DNA of 64,000 nt from Eledone cirrhosa (GCA_964016885.1 OZ024740.1:88970001-89034000); one strand, 5' to 3'; positions 1 through 14,324 are shown, counted from the stretch's first letter. Program-made: numbers and translations. Notes: generated from the sequence alone by a model not told the origin.

Positions 1-914
1 TCATTTATTCTAGCATCAAGATACAGCGGATGTTTCTAGCAGTAACTTTGAATATAACAGACTCTACAATTTAAATATACGATACAATATGTTGCTTGTT
101 TAAATTTATTTTTTGTTTCCTACTTATCTACTTCCTATATAATTCAATTCCCTCCTTGATTTCCGCACCTTCTTTCTCTCGCCATCTTTTACTTCTAATC
201 GATTGCTTCGTAGGAACATCTGATTAAACTCATAAAACTGAAACCATTCATATTCTAAGCTGATTAATTTAGCATTTGCTTTTCCATATTGTAAGCAGCA
301 AATGTTGTTACAGTTGTCATGCATGTTTAACAAATGTTACTCAAGAATAGTAAAACTTTTTATTAAAAATATCCCAGCCATGTCAATCATGTATTTATAT
401 TAAAATTTATCTTATCTAACGTAAACTTAGTTATCATTGTTCTAAACGAGCAAAGTAGGATTTAAGAATCTTAATTGTAACATATGTAGTGCCTTCATTG
501 TTGACTCTGGAAGAAGTTGAGAAATTCATATAAATAATGACAAAGGAGGGGATGACAAATGTCTCAGCTCTCAAAAATAAATTCCTGCAGTATTCAGCCA
601 CATACATTTAAGCTTAACTTCTTTACCGAAAGATACAGATGACATGGATACTAGATGTTGTGGATAATGTAAGTTAAAATTATATCAGACCTACAACGGG
701 GTGTATCATGAAACAAGTGCCTCAAAATGCGGACAAATGGGGACAAATGAGAGGTTTTTACATAATGTAAGCTATACTAATTTTCACAAGAGAAGACATC
801 TCTCACCCATCCCAAAGTGGGTTGGGAACCTCTCCGTCGGATGGGGTGAGTTCAGAGGTCTGTATCATATCTGAAATTCAATAGACAATGTAAGATGCTT
901 GAAACAAAAGGTTG

Positions 915-1035
915 ATGTGGCAGAGTCAGTAGGACAATGTATTTGTTATAACTCCCTGCGCTCTAAGTTCTACTTCCGTCGAGATCCACTTTGCTTTCGA
1001 TCCTTATGTGCTCAATAGAAAAATTACCAATCCAG
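915..1035 (+). mobile_element. Degenerate tRNA-derived SINE copy
   Basis: Decayed match to the SINE family seen elsewhere (tggcagagtcagtag...ctttgctttcgatccttatg). Confidence 0.45.
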
Positions 1036-1311
1036 TTCTTATGCATACCTCATTATTTACAGTTATCAGTTACCTCTTCCTACATAGTATCCTGGATTAA
1101 GGAAGACAGAGTCGTCGGAGTGTTTTTCATGAATGTATAAGCATCTAAACAGATTATCGAAAGTATTGAGCTATACACGATCGCGAGTGATGTGCGTAGT
1201 TAAACATGACTGGTAGATTGGCTGACCACGCAAGTCGCTATACTAATTATACACTTCCTCAACTACACCTCTTTTCTACAAATTTATGACTGGTGCCAAT
1301 GTACATAATCA

Positions 1312-1500
1312 ATAATTGTCTCTACTTTAGGCACAAGGCCACCAATTAGCCAATGGATTACTGGTACTTTATTTTATCGACCCCGTAAGGATGAAAGGCA
1401 AAGTCAACCTCGGCGGGACTTGAACTCAGATCGTAAAGGGACGTAACTATGCTAGAAAGCATGGCGTCCGACCCTCTACTGATACTGCCAATCCACCGCC
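1312..1500 (-). mobile_element. tRNA-derived SINE, full length
   Basis: Minus strand has box A (tggcagtatcagtag), box B (gagttcaagtccc) and body ctttgcctttcatccttacggggtcgataaaataaagtaccag, repeated many times in the window. Confidence 0.85.
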
Positions 1501-4357
1501 CTTGTACATAATGTATATAATCAATAATGCTTGACAATTTTATATACATAGAACGATGTGAACAGTCAATTTCAAACGTTTCGCTCAAAACATTTCAACA
1601 CTCTAGAAAATATTGATCCCTCTCATTAATTGCTCTTTTATTGCATTAAAAATCAATGTTTGCTATATTTCAAATTCTTCTATAAAAAACTACATTTGGT
1701 CTGAATTTATAGGTAACCGTTGTTTTGTTTAGCCACGTATCAGTCTGACTGAATTGACCAATAATCAAACGCATTTCACTTGTTAACATCCCTTCTACTG
1801 TCATTAACATGGAGTAAATTATACAATATTCCCCTGTTCTTAACATTCTCCTGTGATTTAAGGTAGACTTAGCTGACAAATCTAGTATACCTTAAATCAT
1901 CATCGTTCCTTTGGCATTGCCAATATTAATATGAGATGTCCACACGTTTTCTATAATAAATAAACCATCGTAACTATATTTATTTATGAGAGACCCGATT
2001 AACTGTTTCCCACCTCTTCATTGCGTTTCAGGGAATTGCAAGAAACTGAACTACCTCGAAACATCAACAGAAAACCACACACAGTTACCGTGAACTATAG
2101 ATAAGATATCGTAATATTCATACGCACCTCTGTTACGATATTAACAAGTTATTTAAAGGAATTTGCAAAAACAGAATTCGAAAATGCGTCTAAGGAACTG
2201 AATTCACAACACTCATTGAACTTTGGAACTTTGAATAAATAATTCATTAATATGTTTGCATTACAATACAAAAAACACGCATTTGCATCCGAAGAAAATG
2301 AAATGTAGCTTTTATTTTAATTCGTTTGAAACTACAGTTCATCTCATACCATTAATAGAATCATGAATTTCTTTGCAACCCAATACAGCATGTTCATTTA
2401 ATATGAGAAGAGAGTGTGCAAAATCATCTTAATTATGCAGATAATCACTATTTCAGGATTCCCAGCGGTCCGAATTGAACATGGGTTCCTGATAATAATA
2501 GGCTTAAGCTAATTTGATAGTTACTTAACATCTTGCTTCAAGCCACATTACATCACAGTGGAATACAGATTTCTAATTTTCACTCGAGAAATGCAAATTA
2601 ATTACCCCAGAACATAAATTCTACCGAGATAATTCTTCATATTAATAACCCATCAATGAAATGGTATTTTTATATTTAGTAATCCCAAGGCCTTAGCGCA
2701 TTGTTATACGCTGGTTTTTCTGGTTAGTTGGGTTTGGCTCCTTTGATTAATGTCTGTTTTCAATTGTTATGAGATGGAAGAACGGATATAATAAAATCGA
2801 GTGAGGTTTAAGAGGTGCAGTTCTAGTGAGAAAAATATCCGATATTGCTATTGATCTAATAACAAAAAGCACTTTTTTTATTTTATTATATATGATGTAT
2901 TCTAATTCCGGGATTCGAAACTCAGTATTTAACTCTCTTATAGACACCCGCAATAATGTGATATACATGATCGATAAAATGCTAAACATCCTTGCACAGT
3001 TATAATTTCTGTTCTCTTCGTGTGTGCAGCTGTATACGATAGTTGAGAATTGTCTAATGATTGGATAATACGGAGTGATGTTACCTGGTCACAAATAGTT
3101 TCCTGTTCAAACATACGAATAAATTATTTATTACCAATAATAAAGACCTGCTGATTATCGAAACGTTAGAGTGAAAAAGAGACAGCCGAGAAATCGATGG
3201 ATCGATTTCTTGAGTGCAAAAACAATAAAACAAATCAATGGATCGATTTCCGAAATACGTGTATGCGTCTGTAACTAATACACTTAGGTGCCACGTGTCC
3301 AGTAGATTAGTTGCAGCGATCTGTAAAGTTCACCGTTTTAAATATCAGAAGGACTGTAAAAGTAGTGATTGTTTGGTTCTCTTGCATTATTTTGAGGTTT
3401 TCTCTTACCTGCTTTAAAATCTATCACAACATCTGTTGAGTGAACTTGAATACATAAAATGAGATATGAATGAATATGATAAATAACATGTTATGAATCC
3501 ATCTTTTGGCGCCATTCAATTTTAATGTTTTGAATTAAGCATCAATTGTATGTCTGATCGAAGTGTTACTAATATTATCCACAAAACCTCTTTCTCATGT
3601 CATCAATATAGGATACGAACGATCATTAGCGTCTCGGAATTCAACATGTTATGGGTTTCAATTTGTTTCCAATGACATATAGACTATATGCGAAACCAGG
3701 AAAATATCTCGCATGTTCGTGTCTTTGGCGCAGAAGGTGATCTTTAAACACCTTGTGTGATGAAAAAATAAACGTCAAATGACGGGGCATTTCATGGTAG
3801 TCAATGCGTACGTGCAAAACCCTTCATAGGTGCTCCAGCATCTCACATCTGTGAGAATGAAATCTCACATGTGCTCTAGGTGTGTTTCTATAGAAGTATA
3901 GGTATATGAGTAGCACATCACCCGACTCGTCCACGTTTGTTGATCATGCGCAGATGTTAGTGCCTTGTTTTTTCTTTGGGGCGTGTTTACGTTGTTCATT
4001 TTATTTTTTTGTATTCCTTAGCCACGGTGACTTTAATTGTTTTGATATCTTGGTAATTTGATTTATGAGTGGCAGTGACTTCTCATTTAGAGGGCACCGG
4101 GTTTACATTTTCCTGCTGTTATATGTCGGCTGATACCAAGGAGACCAAACACTTTGGTAGCGCTTAGAGAAGCTTCTCTGGTAAGCATTTGCATAATATA
4201 GATATATATGTTGTGCCATGTCTCGTATGGATAGGTGTTATATGCAACGTTGAGGCCATAATGTGCTGTTTTAGGACCCTGTTACTTGTTGGCTTGTGCT
4301 ACCTTCGACGATGGACAAAAGCAATCATTATGATTTTTTCCGTCACGAATTATTTTC

Positions 4358-4515
4358 AGCGGATTGGCTGAATCGGTAGGGCATTGGGAACCATGCCCCG
4401 CGGCATAGTAACGTCCTTTTATGTTCTGAGTTCAAATGCACTGGGGTCGATTTAATCGATTTTTCCCTCCCCACACAAATATTGGCCTTGTGCCTAATTC
4501 AGAAACCATATTTAT
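4358..4515 (+). mobile_element. tRNA-derived SINE, internally deleted
   Basis: tggctgaatcggtag...gagttcaaat then ggccttgtgccta tail shared with other copies. Confidence 0.7.
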
Positions 4516-6189
4516 TTTTACTATACACATACATATATATATAAGCATCACCTAATCCACTTAATGTGGCTCTCTCTAATATGCGAGGTATTCCCATTTC
4601 TGTAGTATTGACAAGTTTCTCTTGGAATGTTTTCTTGGTAGTGTGGTACTTTCTGGCTATGGCGTCTTTGTCAAAATATATATTCTATGATTACTATGCA
4701 TGGCTTTCTTTGTTTTCATTTGAGAAAATCTTCCAAAAGCTTGGGAGCCTTCTCTTTTATATCCCGATAAATCATTATTGTGCTTTCACCTTTACTTGAT
4801 ACATTCCGTTAGTTGTGTCTCTTTTATAGGTAGTATTACAAACTCCCAGTCAGTATCTTTAAGGCACTTTCTATACATTCTTTTGAAAATATCTTCGTGC
4901 TGTGTGACTTCATTGTTCACCACGGTAATTGGCTTACTCATTCTAATATTACTGATGTTACTGGCATTTTCAATATTTCCACTGCTTCATCTTACAGGAA
5001 CATTTTCAGCTTCCCTACACATTTTCCCGATAATTCTGATTAATATACCTCACATGATTAGTTTCTTATCTCTTCGTCCGTCTCTTGCCACACGTTACTA
5101 CACAGTTCTCTTGGTAATTCTGATCATGTTGGGGCTTCTGTAGATATTGCCTTTGATTATTCTATTAACCATGAATCTCTAATTAAAAATACATATTATT
5201 GTTACCATCGACTGGTATACTTTCTGTGAATTTCGGCGTGATGCTCCTTCAATCTTTTATTTTCCCACTGTAGATTTGTGCCCATAAGGTTCCTCCCTGA
5301 GTGAAATCTGGTAATGATTCATTTATGTCATCTCACAAATACCAGGTGAACGTTGTCATCTCCTTGGCCTAGACATGGCTGCTCAGCAGCCATTGCCCCT
5401 AGAAACCAACAACTTCCGAAATATCAGGGTGACGCTCTGATTATAACAAAATATTATTTGTTATTGCTTGAAACAGCTGACGCGTATCATAGATGAGACC
5501 AATTTTTGTTTGACAACAGAAAGAGAGACGGTATAACTTCCAAAATATTTGGCTCACGTGGCAAATTGCAGCTATGTAAGACAGCTTGAATCGAGGTTAA
5601 TCCTTAATTCCTTCTTTTTCAAAATCAATTTGAAGTATTAACATCTACTGAATGCTTCACTCAAAACCGCTTATCTAATTCATCTTTTGACACGTCTGGA
5701 ACATCGTTAACAGACTTCCTTGTAGAACTGATGCAGAAATATTCGATAAGTATAATACACCCACTATGATTTATAGTGTCGTCTCAAAACATGAAACACA
5801 CAAAGCATGTGGTCCTGAATGTATTCCGCCATTGTTCTCCTGCCTTAGTTCCTTTCCTATCAAAACTCTACTACTTTGTCTTGTGGAAGTTTGAATTCCA
5901 TCTTGCTGGCAATCCTCTTCTATCACCCAATTAATCTTCCACTTTTTGTCAAAGTATTTCAGGTCTTAATACATTCTGAATTGGTTAAGCATCTTAAATG
6001 CATTAGGTCTTTTTCAGAAGCAAAGAATATGATTCTTGTTTGCTAATGGCTAACAAAATATTGCTGAAAGAGATTGTCGTGTTTTAGATAGATCTGATAA
6101 ATATACACACACAGACATGCGACTGCAGAGACACACACACGCAAATACACCCATACCCACATCCCCACCTACACACATACCCCCACATA

Positions 6190-6195
6190 TATGTA

Positions 6196-6255
<60 letters not shown>

Positions 6256-6280
6256 TTTGTGTGTGTGTGTGTGTGTGTGT
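6190..6280. repeat. (TG)n microsatellite
   Basis: Direct reading. Confidence 0.95.
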
Positions 6281-7119
6281 TGTAAATTGTCAGGGTCGTA
6301 AAACCGACTGGTATTTTAAATCACTTAAGGTGTCTATACTATCTTTTCGCACTCTGGTTTCAAATTCATCTGAAGTCAATTGTGGCCTACTTTCCTTGGG
6401 GTTCGTTAAACGACGTACTAGTACAAAACACTGATTTAGCACAGTTATTAGCGCTCTGGACGCCATTCTCTCTGATATGTCAAACAGCACGATTGAAAGT
6501 TTTTTTTTTACTTACTAAAATAATGGATGAAACTTGAATATGATATACTCCAGCATAATTATCTTCATGTACTGAGATATTTCCAGAGTGTTGAAATGCT
6601 GGGAGAAAAGAAATATTCACATTGACTACAGTTGGACAAGTGACAATGAAGCTGACGAAAGAAAAGGACACGCGTGAATAATGAGTGCCTGGGGGAATGT
6701 GTCAAGAGTATAGGTAGGTCTTATCAGCAGCGGATATTGTTGATACCTTAGCAAGGTTAAACAGTGGGAAATGTATCGCTGCAGGCTATAGGTGGGAGTA
6801 TGTTTGTGGGTTGAAATTGTGTGAAGCTGTCAATTGGCATTTGGAAACTGCCAGGTATATTTGGTTCTATTACTGTGGTACTGTCCAGGATTTAGAATAA
6901 ATATTTCAATGTGGATTTCACCAGTCCATTATATGTGACACACACATACACATAGATGCAGACACACACGTATACACTAGTATTTGTGTGCTCCTGTGTG
7001 TGTGTGTGTGTGTGTGTTTGTGCTGCCTCACATATTCCTTTCAGTTAGAATTGTTTTGGAATTCATTCCATTCACGCTGAAACCGCTATCTCATTTCTCA
7101 TGAGATTAATATTATTAAG

Positions 7120-7311
7120 TGCTGTAAGTTGGCATTATCAGTAGATGGTCGGACGCCATGCTTTCCAGCATAGTTACGTCCCTTGACGGTCTGAGTTCAA
7201 ATCCCGTCGAGGCTAACTTTACCTTTCATCCTTACGAGGTCGATAAAATAAAGTACCAGTAATGCACTGGGAGAAATGCTGGCCTTGTTCCAAAAGGAGA
7301 AACAATTATTA
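7120..7311 (+). mobile_element. tRNA-derived SINE, full length
   Basis: Box A/B plus ctttcatccttacgaggtcgataaaataaagtaccag body; close match to reverse complement of 1312-1500. Confidence 0.85.
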
Positions 7312-8443
7312 ACAGTAGCATGGCCGTTGATACCTCCTATATACTGGCCCTACTAAAACTGCATCAATAAATCAATTACAAACAATTTCAATGTGACGAA
7401 GACAGTGTAATGGATAAACTACTGGATGATCAACCTACGAACAATTATATAACATTGTTGGATTTATTGTGGTACATTGACATTGGGCATCGGTTTTAAT
7501 TAGATTTGCACATTTAATTTATTCATTCAGACTGAGTGTTGAGTTCTCTCTTCACCGAATTTGCTGAATTGAGATTTACAACTTTAAAAGATTTCGGACT
7601 TTGATCTCAGATTAGCGTTCTTTAGATAACCTACTTGTTACAGTTTCATCCCATATCATAAATAAAAGAATTCATAAGATTTTATACTTAAATAAGATTT
7701 TATACTTAATGTATTCTGTTTGGAATTACATATAGTGTATAGTAAGTGTGAAACTACCCATGATACGCACTAATTTATATATTGAATATAAAGATTCTTA
7801 TTATCAGTACATACACAATACAATGCTCGCTACTCATGAGATATTCAAATATCTTTATGAGTCAATTGCATCGGTTACAGGTTAAATTAAGCATTACAAC
7901 TTCTTACAAAACCGTAAACTCCGTTAATACAGCGAAATTGAAAATATTTCTACCATTATGACATCACTCAATGTGTCTGTTGAAACCGGCGAATTGATGA
8001 TTATTTTCAAAACATTTCAAATTTCAGACGTAATAAAAATTATTAAGAAAGGAACCTAATTAAGATCATATTCTCAGATTGTTTCATTGTAAAATATAGT
8101 TCAACGCTGCAATTTGTGGCTCAGAAACTTGTGAAACATCATCAGTTATCGTTATCAAATCAATCTCCTGGAAAGAAATAGTAACCAAATATTCCTAGAA
8201 TATCACAATAACGTAACATGTTTAAGATACTGAGATAGGAGGTGTATGTTTGCTTCTAAGAAGATAGGCTCCAAATTCTAGCATTCTTGTTAGATCGATA
8301 TTTAGGTAGTTGTAAATAGTGTTAAAGTTACACATATGAATGCAGCATTGTGATATAAAAATTGAATAGTACCATGTTTATATGCTGTGATGAATTCATG
8401 AAATCACATGACTAGAAAACAACAAATGCATTTTTATATTAAA

Positions 8444-9358
8444 CTAGCAGTAAAGCCCGGCGTTGCTCGGGGTCGCTCAGTAGCTGTGTTAAAGTTACAA
8501 TGTTAAGTTTCTTTCTTGGCTTAAAAACTGTAGTGTCTACTGTGCAGACTTGCATGTGGTGTTTTTGATTAATATTCCCTCAACCAACAATATGCCTTAT
8601 GAAGTTAAGAAAACATAACGATAACCCGAATGTTATAACAAAAGAGGATGCTGGGGATAGAAACTGCACTGGTTATTTATTAACAAAGATCGAAAATGTA
8701 AACACTGCAACGCAGAGAAAAACATTAGCGTAACCAAATTATCAGTTATGTCTGTCTGCACGCCTATATCACCTCTCTGCACGACTGTCTGTCTGCACGC
8801 CTATATCACCTCTCTGCACGACTGTCTGTCTGCACGCCTATATCACCTCTCTGCACGACTATCTGTCTGCACGCGTATATCACCTCTCTGCACGACTGTC
8901 TGTCTGCACGACTGTCTGTCTGCATGCCTAACGACGAAATATTTGCTTGTTTTACGTAGTCTTTAAATAGACTTGTTTTCAAGTAAAAATATTGTTTTAA
9001 AATGCTTTTAAATGGAAATGAAGCAAAACGGAAGCTTAGTGTTCGAACTGATGAATTTTGCAGGTCAATATTTTGCTGGCTCGACAACTGTTAAAGCCAG
9101 CGTAATTTTTTACGTAAGACGCTCAATGTAAACAGAACAAAGGGAAATAACTGATAACTTACGCTCAAAAATCGATACATTATATTCGATTTCGTCACAT
9201 AGGGTGGGTCAATTTGAAATGTTTCTTTTTCCGATGTCTTCGCTAGGGCTCAATGTACAAGTATAGCAATTTCGGTGCAATTCCGTGAGAGATACTAAGA
9301 GGAGATGTGTGCCAAAAATCGATAGACAGACAGACAACCACAGTTTTATATATATAGA
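8444..9358 (-). mobile_element. Non-autonomous Helitron
   Basis: Minus strand starts TC(TATATATATAAAA) and ends with GC-rich hairpin cccgagcaacgccggg followed by CTAG; inserted between A and T with no TSD. Confidence 0.8.
8750..8925. repeat. 37-bp minisatellite (~4.5 copies) inside the Helitron
   Basis: Unit gtctgtctgcacgcctatatcacctctctgcacgact repeated in tandem. Confidence 0.9.
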
Positions 9359-10124
9359 TAATTAACGGTAGTGTATACCTAGTAGTAAAAATAATAAATA
9401 ATGTTCAATTCTCGAGAGAAAACTAGAGAATCTAACAAATAAATTCCTCAAATTGAATTTAAATGGGATGCGTACGTGGAATGGTTACGATGTTGGGTTC
9501 GCTATATTATGCTCCGAATTCAATCTTGCGCAAGTGTCATTTACCCTAGTCAACTCATGATATTTGAGTGAAATGATTTTAATGAAAAATATTTGGAGGT
9601 CGAAGGATGGACTGTACATGTAATTAAAAATTACAGCTTTGACACAAACTGTGTCACACTGAAACTATTTGAGAATGTTCAACCACTTACACGAAAGCCG
9701 TTACCTGATTTAACTACTAGATGATTTATTTTGAAAAAGCGACATAGGTCAATTCCATTTTTTAGAGATATTAGATCTGTATAGTTGCCAATCGGTTCTT
9801 TAGAGAGAAATATTTAAACTTTAGATTTAACTCAGTACATATTTTGCCGAAACCTTAGAAATCACATCTACCAATGACATATGAACGTAATTAAATTAAT
9901 CGACTTTATTCTTGTAGTGATGGAGCTACTATTCTCCCCGAATACTTTTCTCCTTGCAAATATTTATTGTTTTTCTACATTCATCGACAATAATTTAAAG
10001 AGGAACTTTAAGGGTTTCGATATCGCATGTCTCGGGGTGTCTTTCAAAGACATGTTTAGAGACTCCCACCAATAATTTTGGTGCGATATCATTTTATTTC
10101 TAATGGAATTATTATTCAGAATAG

Positions 10125-10262
10125 AGTTATGGCACTTTACGTTGTGAGTTCAAATCCGGCGAGGTTAACTTTGCCTTTCATCCTTACAGGGTCGATAAAA
10201 CAAAGCACCAGTAATGCACTGGGGTAAATGCTGGCCTTATGCCAAAAGTAGTAACAGTATTT
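10125..10262 (+). mobile_element. 5'-truncated tRNA-derived SINE
   Basis: gagttcaaatccggcgaggttaactttgcctttcatccttacagggtcgataaaa. Confidence 0.8.
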
Positions 10263-10399
10263 AACATCATTTCAGCCCTGCTACACAGTCTATCTGGATA
10301 CGCTAACAACTAAATTATGTTCAATGTCCTTTCATTATTTAAAGTTGAAGTAAGACAGTGGATTGGCAGAATGGTTAATGCGTGGGAAAAAAACGATAT

Positions 10400-13060
10400 T
10401 ACAATGTTTTCTGTGTGGGGAATGACAACGGGCTAGGGGAAGTAGGGATTTTGGTAGCAGAAAGAAAGGTAGACAAAGTATATTGCTGTGAATAGAGTAT
10501 ATGACAGAATAATTAAAGTAACACCCATACTGAATAGAGCAACAGTAGCAATTATATCTGCCTATGCACCTAAATCGTGACTGTTTAGCCTACTAAAAGA
10601 CAGGTTATATGAATCGTTTACACTACTTTCCAAATAAATAACAGTGACCTCATAATCATTGTAAATGAATTTAATGGGCATGTCGAGTAACACTGAGATG
10701 GCCTCGATAGATCCACGAGGGTTACGGATTTGTCGCTAGAAATGAGGGGGCTCTCAGTCTCCTAGAGTTCCGGGACGCTAATGACATATTTATCTGTAAC
10801 CCGAATTAAAAAAAGGAGACAACTACTTAATCACCTATAGGTCAGTTGACCACCCCAGAGACATAGATTTTATTCTTACCAGAAGACTAGACAGAATGAC
10901 AGTCGTGAACAAAAAGTCTCTTCCGTGTGAAGAATGCACCTGCAAATATAACTTAGTAGCTAGTGACGTTATAATTAGGACGAGAAGAACCCGGCCACAG
11001 ACGACAACCTGCAGGAGAAGTATGTTGACTGACGCTTTTGACAGTAAGGAAGAACAAATAGAGACATATGATATAGAGAAGCAGTGGCAGTTCCTGGAAA
11101 TAACGCACTGAAGGCAATAAAGGAAATATGTAGCTGTTGTAGGTCTCTAAGGGGACGGGGAATTACTTGGGTGTGGAATAGTAAGGTAAATGAAATAATT
11201 AAGGCCAAAAGACAGGCTTGGAACGAAAGGCAAAATGGTGGTAGTAGAAAATCTACCAGAATGCTAGAAGAGAAGCTAAGCGACACGTATATCTTGCAAG
11301 AAGCGAAGTGGGAAAAAAGTATGTTTTGTAGCGTGCGGACCAATGGCGTGAGTTGTTCAGGATTTCAAGGCAGTGTGTCAGGGAAAACTGTTATGAAAGT
11401 GGAGAGAAATGTGTCCGAGATGGCAATGGTGAATTTGCTATAATTGAAAAGATGTTGCATGGAAGTGTCACTATGAAATATTACAGAATGAGGAGAATGC
11501 ATGGGTAGAAATTAGTTTACTTCACGTTGGCCAAACAAAGGGGCGGGATGTACAAGTCAGCAGTATTATAGTAAGAAATAAAGAACATAAGGACAGGTAA
11601 GGCGGCTGGAACTTCAGAAGTAGCTGCCAAGATGCAGAAAGCATCTGGAAGGGTGGATCACGTATTGTAAACTAATTAATATATGTCATACCCAATGACT
11701 GGCGTAGCAGCATATTCATCGACTGCTACTAGGGCAGAGAAAACTATAGAAGCATTTTGTTGGTTGAACAGGTTATGAAGATCACAGAAAGAGGTATAGC
11801 ATAGCTGATTGAGGATGAAGTTAAACTAAATGAGATGCAGTTTGGATTTGGGCCAAATAAAACTGCCAATGATGCCCTCTTCCTTGTGAGGAAACTACAG
11901 GAGTAGGACCGGGTTAAAGGTAGACCAGTCTACGTGGCATTTGTTGATCTGGAGAAAGCTTTTAACAGAGTCCTTCGTTACAATATCTGGTCGGCTCTTA
12001 GACAACTAGGATTAGCCAAATGGCTTCTGAGGACAGTACATGCAATGTACAGTTAGCAGGGACATAATTAACAATGGCTATAGCGAAGAATTTAGCGTGT
12101 AGGTTGGTGTCCATAAGTGCTCAGCTTTTAGCTCTCTCCAGTATAATATTGTCCTGAAGACTATAACAGAGGTGTTTATGAATGGCTGTCCATGGGAACT
12201 CCTGTATGCAGATGATCTAACCCATAAAACCGAAGCTAGTGTAGAATTAGTGAATCAATTCCAAACCTGGAGAATGGCCTAGAATCGAATGGTTTTAAAG
12301 TTAAAGAAAATCAAAGTCCTACTATGTAGAAAGGAAAACAAGCCCAGATTCCCTCTGTGTTCAGAAAAGGAGTATATAGTAATTACTTATGTCCCAAATT
12401 CAAACTATGGGTACACAAGAGATGTAGTGTTATATTAGGTAGGCTAGCAAAGAACGTAGACTTCCTTCAAATTCCTTCAAATTGGAAGAGGGCATTGTAG
12501 AAGTAGTAGAGAGTTTGTGTCAGCAGGTTGACGAAATTAAACAGTGGAGGAGGTAGTTCCGAAAGTAGGACAGCCGGAGTGAGAACGGGTTGGACAAAGT
12601 ATAGGGAGTTACTGCTGCTGAAAACTAGAAAAGTCCTTTCCCTCAAAATGAAAGAGAGATTATATGTTGCATATATACGAACAGCAAAGTTTCTTAGGCA
12701 CTCTCTGAAGAGGACCTGGTTAGACCGAAAGGAAATGAAGCTTCCCTGCATCGATGGATGTGTTATAATAATATACATGAGCGGCAAAGCATAGATAACC
12801 TGTCTGAAAATTTTAACATAAGATGGATCAGGTACAATGGCAGAACAAGTGATTGCGCATCTGATGCGTATGAAAGATGACCGCTGTATAAAAATGTGCA
12901 GAGCGCTCAAAGGTGATGGAATACATGGAGTGGGAAGATTTAGAAAGACTTGGGATAAGATGATAAAAGCTGACCTTGCACATTTGCACTTCCCAAAGCC
13001 AACGACACATGACCGTGATCTCTAGCGCTATGCAGTAATAGAGAAGACCTGCCTTACAGT
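10400..13060 (+). mobile_element. Decayed RTE-clade LINE (APE + RT pseudogene)
   Basis: Broken frames give APE motifs (GVGIL, SAYAP, FNGHV, IDFIL) and RT motifs QFGF, FVDLEKAFNRV, LLYADDL (~12200); RTE-like C-terminus (GVGRFRKTW); many stops/frameshifts. Confidence 0.85.
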
Positions 13061-13589
13061 ATGCAGAGGCCCACTCATATATCTAGTATGCGGCACCTTC
13101 CCTCTCATCAGCCTTCTCATACACATCCCACATTATCATCATCCATAACACGTCCTAATACCCTACACCTAATTATACCTCCCCAGTCCCCATGCATCTC
13201 TGCTACCCAAGTCCTCAATCCACACGAAAAAATAGTTATTTTGGTGCCACGTCAATGAGCACCCAGACTATATTGTAATGTGCTGGTGCATGTGTCACGA
13301 TCAAAATCACTACTCCACACTGTAACATTGCCGCGTAGGAGTCACGATATAAAGTGCGTAGGCCACACTGTAAAGTGGTCGTGTAGGTGCCGCGACAAAA
13401 GCACCCAGTCAACATTGTACAGTGGTCTTAAAGGTGTAACGATAAAAGAAAGCACCAATAATGCAATGCGATAATTGCTGGCCTTGTTCCAAATGTGGAA
13501 ATAATAATAAGTATTATTGTGATATATAAATATATGTATAACTATCTATCTATTATCTATCTATCTATATATATATATATATATATCCC

Positions 13590-13661
<72 letters not shown>

Positions 13662-13908
13662 CGATATTAACAAATGCAAACTATATTTATAAAACCATAT
13701 TTATTTCATTATAGATATTTCAAGGACACCAAGTTAAATTATGGTATGCTTTCATCAGATAAAATATAATATAGATCAGTTTTATAAATAAATATTGACA
13801 TACCCTTCAAGAATGCAACCATTACTGTTGGAAGCTCATATAAATAAACGGAAAAAATAAAACGAAATTTCATTCCCAAACTTAGTACGGCTGTTACTTA
13901 AATAGAAG

Positions 13909-14324
13909 TATGTATACGTACATACATATATGTATACAGACGTACAGTAGTATGTATATATATATATATATATATATATACATGCACACATATATATGTA
14001 CGTATGGATTCACCGAACATTTATTATAAAGCTCGGTATGTTTGTAAACAAACATCCCATATTAAGCCGTAGTGTCAGCGTTGCTGACGATAGCTAATAA
14101 GCTTGAAACTAGTACAACGTTCCTTTGTCAGTGTTGAACAAACAAGCAACGATGGTTGCTAGAGCCTACGGCTTAATACGGGATGTTTGTTTACACAAAC
14201 ACCGAGCATTATAATATATATTCGGTGAATCCATACGTACATATATATATATGTGCATGTATGTATATATATATATACATACTCACTGTACGTCTGTATA
14301 CATATGTGTATGTACGTGTACATA
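13909..14324. repeat. Fold-back element: ~160-bp inverted arms (13909-14072 / 14166-14324)
   Basis: Arms are reverse complements including unique sequence (ggattcaccgaa...catcccatattaagccgtag / ctacggcttaatacgggatg...ttcggtgaatcc). Confidence 0.85.
14079..14119 (+). ncRNA. Minimal type I hammerhead ribozyme
   Basis: cgttg-CTGACGA-t-agc(taataa)gct-t-GAAA-ctag-TA-caacg: stem I, conserved core, stem II, palindromic stem III, GUA site. Confidence 0.75.

Noticed and set aside
1312-1500. tRNA gene
   Set aside because: Box A/B present but no cloverleaf, and followed by the repeated SINE body.
1670-1879. Possible host exon (69-aa minus ORF); likewise ORFs near 21.7, 24.3 and 60.9 kb
   Set aside because: No recognisable domain and no consistent splice-phase chain; cannot be supported without transcripts.
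4560-5430. Possible old LINE remnant on the minus strand
   Set aside because: Composition is suggestive, but no diagnostic motif could be read.
6117-6434. ORFs with CVCV/YIYI/SSSS runs (also 13495, 35630, 46233, 63132)
   Set aside because: Translations of microsatellites.
8750-8925. CRISPR-like periodicity (37-bp repeats)
   Set aside because: Units are contiguous with no unique spacers, in a eukaryotic context with no cas genes; it is a minisatellite.
13700-13770. Minus-strand CTGATGA...GAAA hammerhead-like motif
   Set aside because: Stem II is plausible, but stem III and the NUH site cannot be formed; at best a dead relic.
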